This document shows positions 7,635-15,504 of a DNA stretch of 64,000 bases, one piece after another. The translations under genes and the position numbers were made by a program. The notes under the pieces are model-generated. The model searched no databases. It was not told where the DNA came from and saw only the letters and a list, made by a program, of their open reading frames with translations. Numbering within the stretch: position 1 is the stretch's first letter; the number at the start of each line of letters is the position of its first letter. This stretch comes from Elusimicrobia bacterium GWC2_61_19 (GTDB lineage: Bacteria > Elusimicrobiota > Elusimicrobia > Elusimicrobiales > UBA9959). The stretch is taken from assembly GCA_001799795.1 (NCBI GenBank), contig MGUD01000025.1, positions 75,414 to 139,413 on the forward strand, given 5' to 3'.

Positions 7635-10600
7635 ATGAACTTCTACAATGAAGAAGAGAAAAAGGAAGGGGCGCCCGCGGTGCCAGGGATGTCCGGTTTT
7701 AAAAAGACGTCCGCTTTCGGAAAATCTCCGATGTTCTCCCGCACGGCCGGCGGCATACTGGACCGCATCAAGAACCTGTCGCGCAAGGACATGGCTTTCG
7801 TAGGCATAGGGCTGAGCGTGCTGGTGATGGCGCCCGTGGCCGAATATATGATGTCCAAGCCCTCCGCCGACAACCTGCTTACCCCCGGTTTCGGTTCCAG
7901 GGAAGGCTCCGCCGCCTCGGGGCTCTATGAGCCGGGCATAAACGCTCTCAGCCAGGGTTCTCCGGACGGCTCCGGCGAGGTGATCACCCCGCTCAGTTCC
8001 AGGGACCCGGCTTCGCTGATACTGGGCTCGCAGTCCGCCGCCCCGGCCTTCACGCCCCCGGCCGCCCCCGTAAATAATTTCCGGGACGCCATGAAGGACG
8101 CGGGCCGTTCCGCCTTCTCCGAGGCCACTAAATCGGCCGGCGCTCCCACCCCCGTTCCGCGGATGCAGTCGGCGCTGCGCAGCTTCGGCTCTTTCTTCAG
8201 CGGCGGCGAGGGCACGCGCACGGCCGGAACCCTGAGCGGCGGCAAGATCATCGACGACGCCAAGTCGGCTTCCGGTAAAGCGGCCAAGCGCTCCATGATG
8301 GGGCCTGTGGCTATGCCCGGCTACAAAGGCGTGGCTTCCAACACCCCCAACAGTTCTTCCAAGGGCGCTTACGAAAAGCTCCGCTCCGCGGCCGACAAGT
8401 CCGCCGGCAACTTCAGCGGCGGCTCGGCCATGAACTCCCTGGATAAAGCCGCGGCCGACGCGCTTGATATAGGTAAGGGCGCGGGCGGCCTGGGTTACGG
8501 CGGCGAATCCGACAAGACCACCAAGCCCTCGGGTTCCACCACCAAGTACGACCATAACCGCTCCGGCGAGACCCTGGACGAAATGGCGGCCAAGCAGCGC
8601 ATGCAGAAGGCGCTGGACTGGGAATTCTACAAGCAGTACGAGATCCCCAAGCAGATCATCAACTCCCTGGTCGGCGCCGTGGGCGGCGTGCTGGCCCAAG
8701 TGGTCAAGGACAACATGGAGCACATCTTCGGTCTGGACCGCGGAGCACCTGAAAGGTTCTGCTGGTCGCCCGCGAACAACCTGGCCTCCACCGATCCGGC
8801 GGATTGCCGGAAGTATGGGGCGATAGGCGAGTCTTTCCTTAAAGATAAGGGCGAGAAAGAAAGTACCACCACCGTTCCGCCCGGGCGCAGCTGCGCCTGC
8901 GGTTTCAACTCTGTGAAACCTACTATAGGCGATCCGGCCAGCGGTGCGGTTGAAGTAAAACCCGATCCCAAACCGGATCCTTCTTCCACCCAGATAGTGG
9001 CCGTGGGCTCCTTCGACACCGCGCTGGTAACCGTGCTTGCCCGCGTGCAGGAAGTGGTGAAGAAGGGCGATAATATCTCTGCCAAGGAACTGCTTGAGTT
9101 TAACAAGGGGCTCTCCGGCACACTGGCCGAGGAAATGCCCAAGCTTGTGGTGACCCTTAACACCTCCATGCAGGGGGTGAACAAACTGGCTGCAGGCGGC
9201 ATAACCAAACTCGGCAACGACAGTCTCAGGTCCCTGGGGCCCCTTATGGCCGCCGAGAACGAGACCAGCGCGTTCATTACCGAGCTCTCCGGGGTGATCG
9301 ACTCTAAATCCACCAAGGTGGCCAAGGCCCTGGGCGCGGAAATGAGCAAGAACGACGAGGTTAAAGCCGAATTCGACATGACGGACAACTCCGCTCTGGT
9401 CGCGGACCTTAAGAAGTATCTGGGTAAGGCGGAAAACATAAAGAACGTCCGCCTTCTCTCCGCCCGGAATCACCTGAACTTCAACGACAAGTCCCAGAAA
9501 CTGTACGCGCAGCAGGGGCAGGTGCTGGCCGCCAAGATAGGCGGGCTGCGGGACAGGGCTGCCGGCATCTCCGAAATTACGAAAAAGATAGCCTCGGACT
9601 CCAATGCTATAAAACCTGAGGACGCCGACAAGAATAAGGACGCCATCTGCAAACAGTTCGCCGATATTTCAGGCGTGGCTTTGCCGGCGTGTAAAGGCGT
9701 TGCGGCGCCTGAAAAAGGCAAGAGCGTTGTAGAAGCCGCCATGGCCCTGCGCGGCGCCCAGGGGGTGACTAACAACGCCCTTAATGATAAAGCGGCCGTT
9801 GATGCCGAGGTCGCCGCATGGGAGGCCGCCAGCCCCATGATAAAGCTCAATAACGACAGGATTGCCCAGCAGGCGGATTCGATGGGCGATCCGCAGGACA
9901 ATATCGCCGCCTGCCTGCTGCGCGCGGAGAACAAACTGCCGCCGGATGTCGCCGCCCTGGCCGGCAACCCCGAGACCTCTGTGGCCTCACCGTCCCGCGC
10001 GGCCAGTGCCGACATCCTGGAGTACCGCAAAGCGTTAAAGCTTGACGGGACCCCGGATAACCCTCCTAATACCCCGGTTAACCCCCCTACTACTCCGGTT
10101 ACGCCCGTACCTGTAGTGGACCCGGCGCTGGCCGGCAGAAAGACTTCTTTGCTGGCTGACGCGCGCCTGACCGGCAGCGAATACGACGCCGCCACCGCGG
10201 TGCATAAAAAGCTTGGCAACGGGACGAACGCCCAGTACGCTAGGGCCGACTATGGAAAAATGACCACCAGCAAGGCCGAAATAGACCGCCTTGCCGGTGA
10301 GCTGTCGGCGGCAGACGTCAAGCCCACCAAGGAGAAGCTGGATGAGTTGGAGAAGCACTTGGGTAATTTTGAGAAGTCCTACGCGGACTTCCAGCGGCAC
10401 GCGGCCGCGGCCGGTACCCCTGTGCCCAAGCCCAAGCCGACTACCAGCCAGGCCACGCAGGTGATAATCAACAATAACGTCTCGGCTGCCTCCAGCGCCG
10501 GGGTCACTACTAAGCCAACTGCCAACGTCACACATAACACCGTCAACAATACACACAATACCGTGAACAACACCACGGTGAAGCCTCCGGTGGTGATTGT

Positions 10601-10895
10601 GCAGCCGGAAAAGCCCAAACCCGCCGTCGCCCCCAAAGAGTTCTCGGTAAAGATGCGCAACGGCACGTTCATGAAGCTCAGGACCAACGATAATACCGGC
10701 GCCTCCGCTACGTATTACGGCGGTTACAGGGACGGCGTGAAGTGGCTGTATAAATACGAAGTGGTGTGCGTGCGCTCCGGTAAAACGTTCGTAATCGACA
10801 CGAACCGGGTGCAGCGGACCAAAGCCCTGTTCTCGACCGGCATCACCGTAGGCGGTCCCGAGGCCGTCTCCGGCTTCAGCGGCGTGTGCAAGTAA
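7635..10895 (+). CDS. Large hypothetical membrane-anchored protein, 1086 aa (cluster gene 6)
   Basis: GGAGG RBS; N-terminal TM, Gly/Ser-rich region similar to gene 1, then a helical region, Pro/Thr/Asn linkers and a C-terminal beta-rich Cys-containing domain. Confidence 0.85.
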   Translation: MNFYNEEEKKEGAPAVPGMSGFKKTSAFGKSPMFSRTAGGILDRIKNLSRKDMAFVGIGLSVLVMAPVAEYMMSKPSADNLLTPGFGSREGSAASGLYEPGINALSQGSPDGSGEVITPLSSRDPASLILGSQSAAPAFTPPAAPVNNFRDAMKDAGRSAFSEATKSAGAPTPVPRMQSALRSFGSFFSGGEGTRTAGTLSGGKIIDDAKSASGKAAKRSMMGPVAMPGYKGVASNTPNSSSKGAYEKLRSAADKSAGNFSGGSAMNSLDKAAADALDIGKGAGGLGYGGESDKTTKPSGSTTKYDHNRSGETLDEMAAKQRMQKALDWEFYKQYEIPKQIINSLVGAVGGVLAQVVKDNMEHIFGLDRGAPERFCWSPANNLASTDPADCRKYGAIGESFLKDKGEKESTTTVPPGRSCACGFNSVKPTIGDPASGAVEVKPDPKPDPSSTQIVAVGSFDTALVTVLARVQEVVKKGDNISAKELLEFNKGLSGTLAEEMPKLVVTLNTSMQGVNKLAAGGITKLGNDSLRSLGPLMAAENETSAFITELSGVIDSKSTKVAKALGAEMSKNDEVKAEFDMTDNSALVADLKKYLGKAENIKNVRLLSARNHLNFNDKSQKLYAQQGQVLAAKIGGLRDRAAGISEITKKIASDSNAIKPEDADKNKDAICKQFADISGVALPACKGVAAPEKGKSVVEAAMALRGAQGVTNNALNDKAAVDAEVAAWEAASPMIKLNNDRIAQQADSMGDPQDNIAACLLRAENKLPPDVAALAGNPETSVASPSRAASADILEYRKALKLDGTPDNPPNTPVNPPTTPVTPVPVVDPALAGRKTSLLADARLTGSEYDAATAVHKKLGNGTNAQYARADYGKMTTSKAEIDRLAGELSAADVKPTKEKLDELEKHLGNFEKSYADFQRHAAAAGTPVPKPKPTTSQATQVIINNNVSAASSAGVTTKPTANVTHNTVNNTHNTVNNTTVKPPVVIVQPEKPKPAVAPKEFSVKMRNGTFMKLRTNDNTGASATYYGGYRDGVKWLYKYEVVCVRSGKTFVIDTNRVQRTKALFSTGITVGGPEAVSGFSGVCK

Positions 10896-10912
10896 CGGCA
10901 GAATAGCCCCAG

Positions 10913-10946
10913 AAAACCCCGCGGTCTTCAAAGCCGCGGGGTTTTT
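10913..10946 (+). terminator. Rho-independent terminator closing the cluster
   Basis: AAAACCCCGCGG…CCGCGGGGTTTTT. Confidence 0.85.
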
Positions 10947-11063
10947 ATTTGCCTCTTAAAATAGCGGCACAATGCGGTTGCGTTCCCCTTTATCGGGACA
11001 AGTTAAAATCGTATAATAGGTGTACGGGTTTGATTCGTTTACGGGTGGGGGCAGGAGTTGAAT

Positions 11064-12104
11064 ATGGCCAGGATGAAGAAGGCGGATTACCTCGGGGAAG
11101 TCGTAAAGCACATAGAGATCTCCAAGCACAACGTGGTGCCCCTGGTGGACGCCATGAACGATATGGCTTTTTCGGCCCGGGACCTCGCCCGCGCCGCCAG
11201 GATCTATAACCTGATGCTGGCCGACAAGAACTGCTCTGTCATCCTTACGCTGGCCGGGTCCCTTTTCTCCGCGGGGCTTAAAAAAGTGGTGGTGGACCTG
11301 GTCCGCCACAACATGGTGGACGCCATAGTCTCCACCGGGGCCGTCATCGTCGACCAGGACTTCTTCGAAGCGCTCGGCTTCAAGCATTATAAGGGCGCGA
11401 GCTGCGGTGTGGACGACAACGAACTGCGCCGCCTGCACATAGACCGCATCTACGACACTTTTATAGACGAGGACGAACTGCGCGTCTGCGACGACACCAC
11501 CCGCAGGATCGCCGACGCCCTGGAGCCGCGCCCCTACTCCTCCCGCGAATTCATAGAAGAGATGGGCAAGTACCTCTCCAAACACGCCCGGAACAAGGAT
11601 TCCGTGGTACTGGCCGCCTACGAGGCGCGCGTGCCCATCTTCGTGCCGGCCTTCTCCGACTGCTCGGCCGGTTTCGGCATGGTGGCGCACCAGTGGAACA
11701 ACCCCGCCAGGCACATGTCCCTGGACTCCGCCAGGGACTTTCTGGAGCTGACCAAGGTTAAGATAGAGGCCCGGGATACCGGCCTTCTTATGATAGGCGG
11801 CGGCGTGCCCAAGAACTTTACGCAGGACACCGTGGTGGCGGCCGATATCATGGGCAAGGCGGCCCCCATGCACAAGTACGCCGTGCAGGTGACCGTGGCC
11901 GACGTGCGCGACGGGGCGCTGTCCTCCTCCACGCTGAAAGAAGCCAGCTCCTGGGGCAAGGTGGAGACCACCCACGAGCAGATGGTCTTCTCCGAAGCTA
12001 CCCTGGCCGTGCCGCTTATCGCGGGTTATGCCTATCACAAGGGCGGCTGGAAGGGCCGCAAGCCGCGCAAATATTCGGACTTCCTCAACAAGGGGACCCG
12101 CTGA
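11064..12104 (+). CDS. Deoxyhypusine synthase-like protein (bacterial homospermidine synthase type)
   Basis: IVSTGA, IDRIYD, GGGVPKNF, DGALSSSTLKEASSWGK motifs; GGAG RBS. Confidence 0.9.
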   Translation: MARMKKADYLGEVVKHIEISKHNVVPLVDAMNDMAFSARDLARAARIYNLMLADKNCSVILTLAGSLFSAGLKKVVVDLVRHNMVDAIVSTGAVIVDQDFFEALGFKHYKGASCGVDDNELRRLHIDRIYDTFIDEDELRVCDDTTRRIADALEPRPYSSREFIEEMGKYLSKHARNKDSVVLAAYEARVPIFVPAFSDCSAGFGMVAHQWNNPARHMSLDSARDFLELTKVKIEARDTGLLMIGGGVPKNFTQDTVVAADIMGKAAPMHKYAVQVTVADVRDGALSSSTLKEASSWGKVETTHEQMVFSEATLAVPLIAGYAYHKGGWKGRKPRKYSDFLNKGTR

Positions 12105-12144
12105 ACAGGCCGGATTTGGAAGTAAATCGGAAAATAAGGGGAAA

Positions 12145-13002
12145 ATGATGAAAAAACTGATCGTTTGTTTGACCATGCTGGCGGCGCTTTCTATGAACGC
12201 TTCCGCCTATTTCGACGGCGGCGTGACCGGCACCACCGGCCCCGACGGCTACCGCGGCACCAGGCTGAACCTGGTCATCGGTTCCGGCAACCTGGCCATA
12301 GAGCCTTCGCTGGCCTCCTATACCTCCGACGCGCTGGACAAGACCTACCGCACCTACGGCGTGCGCGGCGCCTGGGAAGCCGATAAATACACCGTGGGCG
12401 GCGAAGTGGGCACCACCCCCGAAGTGAACGGCTATTCCAATAAATATGTCGGCGCGGACATCACCTTCTCCCTGACCCCCGGGGCTGGCGGAAAATCCCG
12501 CCTGGCCGGCCCCGGTTCCCGCGGCACCACCCGCGGCGGCGAAGGCGTCACCCGCATAGACGTGGGCGCCTCCGTCAAAGAGATCATGCACAAGAACACC
12601 GCCGGCGCTACCGACCTCAAGACCAACCAGACCCAGGCCACCCTGTTCGCCGGCGCGAAGATCCTGATGGCCAACCTCTCGGCTTCCTACACCGGTTACG
12701 CCTACGGCACGCAGGACACCGCCACGCTCATCAATCCCATCCCGGGCCTCAACTTCGCCTACGGGGCCACGCCCAAGTCCAGCGTTAACGCCCGCCTGGA
12801 CCTGCCCGGCTACCCCCTGGTGACGCCCTTCGTCTCTTACACCGGCACCAAGTACAAGGGCGGCGTGAAAGACAGCTCCGCTTACCTGTTCGGCGCCTAC
12901 ATAGACCTGAGCATGGTAACGGCCAGTATCGGCTACCAGATATTCGACAACGGCACCAACAACGACAGCTTCCTGTCCGTGGGCGCCGGCATTAAGTTCT
13001 AA
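12145..13002 (+). CDS. Putative outer-membrane beta-barrel protein
   Basis: Sec signal peptide (MKKLIVCLTMLAALSMNASA), alternating aromatic beta-strands, terminal Phe (GAGIKF). Confidence 0.7.
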   Translation: MMKKLIVCLTMLAALSMNASAYFDGGVTGTTGPDGYRGTRLNLVIGSGNLAIEPSLASYTSDALDKTYRTYGVRGAWEADKYTVGGEVGTTPEVNGYSNKYVGADITFSLTPGAGGKSRLAGPGSRGTTRGGEGVTRIDVGASVKEIMHKNTAGATDLKTNQTQATLFAGAKILMANLSASYTGYAYGTQDTATLINPIPGLNFAYGATPKSSVNARLDLPGYPLVTPFVSYTGTKYKGGVKDSSAYLFGAYIDLSMVTASIGYQIFDNGTNNDSFLSVGAGIKF

Positions 13003-13014
13003 ATTCCCGGAGCT

Positions 13015-13051
13015 GGCCGTAGGCCGCGGGTAATTACCGCGGCTTACGGCC
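13015..13051 (+). terminator. Stem-loop after the OMP gene (terminator-like)
   Basis: GGCCGTAGGCCGCGG…CCGCGGCTTACGGCC. Confidence 0.55.
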
Positions 13052-13077
13052 TTGATCTACAGCGGCCCGATCCCTCT

Positions 13078-14808
13078 ATGTCCTACGAAAATTTCGCTAC
13101 TAAGTACCGTCCCGGCAACCTCGGCGAGGTGATGGGGCAGGAAACCATCAAGACCACGCTGCAGAACGCCGTGAAACTGGGCCGTATAGCCCATTCCTAC
13201 GTGTTCTACGGCCCCCGCGGCTGCGGCAAGACCTCCATAGCCCGCATCCTCGCCCGGGCGCTCAACTGCCACCATCCCAAGGACGGCGTTCCCTGCGGCA
13301 AGTGCCCCTCCTGCACGGAGATAGCTGAGTCCAAATCCCTCGACGTGATAGAGATAGACGCGGCCTCCAATACCAAGGTGGAGAACGTGCGCGACATCAT
13401 CATAGAGAACGTGGAATTCTCCCCGTCGCGCGACAAATACAAGGTGTACATCCTCGACGAAGTCCACATGCTTTCCGATAAGGCTTTCAACGCGCTGCTC
13501 AAGACCGTGGAGGAGCCGCCCAAGCACGTGGTCTTCATAATGGCCACCACCGAGCAGCACAAGGTGCCGCTGACCATCCTGTCCCGGTCGCAGTGCTTCC
13601 GTTTCCGCCCCATCTCCGAGGCCGATATTGTCACCCGTCTTAAGGAAGTGACCGAGGCCGAAAAGATCAAGGCCGACCCAGAGGCGCTCAGGATGATAGC
13701 GAGGTCCGCCGGCGGGGCCATGCGCGACGCCATTACCCTGTTGGACCGCGCGGCCTCCTTCGGCCGCGGCGAGATCAAGACCGACGTTCTGAACGACCTG
13801 CTCGGCCATCCCGGCTTCGAGGTGGTCAACGCCATGGCGCTGGCCCTGGTGGGCCGCGACGCGGCCGGCCTGCATTCCGCTTTCGACAAGCTTAACGCCG
13901 AGGGCCACGACCCGCTGACCGCCATGCGCGAGCTGCGCAATAATTTCGCTTCGGCTTTTCTGCACGCGCAGGGTTTCTCCAAAGAGGATGAACCCATAAA
14001 GGGCCTGCCGGCCGGCACGCCACCGGCGCTGCTGGCCCGCCTGTCGCGCAAGCTCAACGTTATCATCGAGGAAGTAAAGTTCTCGGATTCGCTTTCCATC
14101 GCCTCCGAAATGGCCCTTTTTACGCTGGTAGAGGTGCCGCAGGACCTCGAGGCCCTGGTCAGACGGCTGGAGGGCTTTGAAACGCGCGTCGCCGCCGGCG
14201 CCGCTCCCGAACCGCCGGCCCAGGGCGGGCAAAAAAAAAATGACGCTTTAGCCCCGGCGGTCCGGCCCTACGCCTCTCCCGCACCCGTGGCCGGCCCCGC
14301 TCCCGCGGCCGTCCCTGTGGTCACTGCGGCGCCCGCAGCTGTTGTGCCCCAGCCGGCGGCGGCGCCCGCGGACGCCTGGAAAAAACTGCTCGGCCAGGTT
14401 TCAGCCAGGAAGCCCGCCCTTTACAATATTCTGCTCTCGGTAAAAATAGTGTTCACCCAGCCCGGGCGCTGGCGCCTGCTCAGCGCCAATAAGTTCGAGA
14501 CCTCCATGGTGGAGAAAGCCCTGCCCGAACTGGAAGAGATGCTGGCGCGTTTCGCCGGCATGAAGATAAGCCTGACGGCGGAACACGCCGCGGCCCCGAT
14601 AGAGGGCGCGTCCGAGATCTCGGAACCCGACGGGGATGACTCCGTGGTGGACGATTGCGGGGATTCTCCCGACGACAGCCCCGCCGCCGCCCCGGCCGCG
14701 GCCAGGGCCCCGGCCTCCACGCAGGTCTCGGGAGATACCGAGCCCGAGCTTAAGCACCTGACCAAAGTATTCCACGGGCGCATCACCAGGATAAACAAGG
14801 TTAAGTAG
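13078..14808 (+). CDS. dnaX: DNA polymerase III subunit gamma/tau
   Basis: KYRP, GPRGCGKTS Walker A, Zn-finger Cys, EIDAAS, LDEVHML, SRSQ; followed by recR. Confidence 0.97.
   Translation: MSYENFATKYRPGNLGEVMGQETIKTTLQNAVKLGRIAHSYVFYGPRGCGKTSIARILARALNCHHPKDGVPCGKCPSCTEIAESKSLDVIEIDAASNTKVENVRDIIIENVEFSPSRDKYKVYILDEVHMLSDKAFNALLKTVEEPPKHVVFIMATTEQHKVPLTILSRSQCFRFRPISEADIVTRLKEVTEAEKIKADPEALRMIARSAGGAMRDAITLLDRAASFGRGEIKTDVLNDLLGHPGFEVVNAMALALVGRDAAGLHSAFDKLNAEGHDPLTAMRELRNNFASAFLHAQGFSKEDEPIKGLPAGTPPALLARLSRKLNVIIEEVKFSDSLSIASEMALFTLVEVPQDLEALVRRLEGFETRVAAGAAPEPPAQGGQKKNDALAPAVRPYASPAPVAGPAPAAVPVVTAAPAAVVPQPAAAPADAWKKLLGQVSARKPALYNILLSVKIVFTQPGRWRLLSANKFETSMVEKALPELEEMLARFAGMKISLTAEHAAAPIEGASEISEPDGDDSVVDDCGDSPDDSPAAAPAAARAPASTQVSGDTEPELKHLTKVFHGRITRINKVK
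14230..14251 (+). other. A10 slippage or frameshift site predicted to generate the gamma subunit
   Basis: C-A10-TGACGCTTTAG: both shifted frames stop almost at once (TGA 14241, TAG 14249). Confidence 0.75.
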
Positions 14809-14835
14809 GCGGCGTTAAGGACGGCATTCAGAACA

Positions 14836-15429
14836 ATGAAGGCTTTAGAGAAGATCATCGGCGTGTTTCGCAAATTCCCCGGCGTCGGCCCCAAGCAGGC
14901 CGAGCGGTTCGCGCTTTATGTGGTGCGCGCCTCCGACCCCGAGATAGAAACGCTGGTGGAAGCCCTGCGCGCCGTAAAGGCCTCCGTCAGGTACTGCCGC
15001 GAGTGCTACAATTACGCCGAGGGGGACCTGTGTCCCGTCTGCGCCGATGAGCACCGGGACCGGTCCCTTATCTGCGTGGTGGAGCGGCCCCAGGACCTGG
15101 CCGCCATAGAGAAAGCCAAAAGTTTTTCCGGGGTGTACCACGTGCTGCACGGGGCCGTTTCGCCGGCCGCCGGCGTGGCGGCCGAGCAGATAAAGCTTAA
15201 AGAGCTGGTGGACAGGGTGCGCGCCTCCGACGGGGCGGTCAAAGAGATCATCATCGCCACCAATCCCGACGCCGACGGCGAGGCCACGGCGATGTACCTT
15301 ATCCGCCTCCTGAAACCCTATGTTTCCAGGATCAGCCGCATCGCCTACGGCGTGCCCCTGGGCGGCGACATAGACTACATGGACGAAGTAACCCTTGGCT
15401 ACGCCCTTAAGGGCCGCGTCAAGTTATAG
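14836..15429 (+). CDS. recR: Recombination mediator RecR
   Basis: PGVGPKQAER HhH, C4 zinc finger, Toprim ATNPDADGEATA. Confidence 0.97.
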   Translation: MKALEKIIGVFRKFPGVGPKQAERFALYVVRASDPEIETLVEALRAVKASVRYCRECYNYAEGDLCPVCADEHRDRSLICVVERPQDLAAIEKAKSFSGVYHVLHGAVSPAAGVAAEQIKLKELVDRVRASDGAVKEIIIATNPDADGEATAMYLIRLLKPYVSRISRIAYGVPLGGDIDYMDEVTLGYALKGRVKL

Positions 15430-15504
15430 CTCTTCCTTCTACGTAAATCATCAACATTCAGCGCCGTAACGCTCCTAAGATAACACGGGCAAGTTCTCGG
15501 GCGT

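Noticed and set aside
326-10895. Cluster as collagen-like, PE-PGRS, phage tape-measure or T4SS VirB6/TrbL genes
   Set aside because: No Gly-X-Y or GGAGG periodicity, no phage or T4SS ATPase genes nearby, and the topology differs
13003-13077. SRP RNA, often found upstream of dnaX
   Set aside because: Only a simple hairpin; no GGAA tetraloop domain IV motif
14809-14835. ybaB missing between dnaX and recR
   Set aside because: Common gene-order variation; not informative without the whole genome
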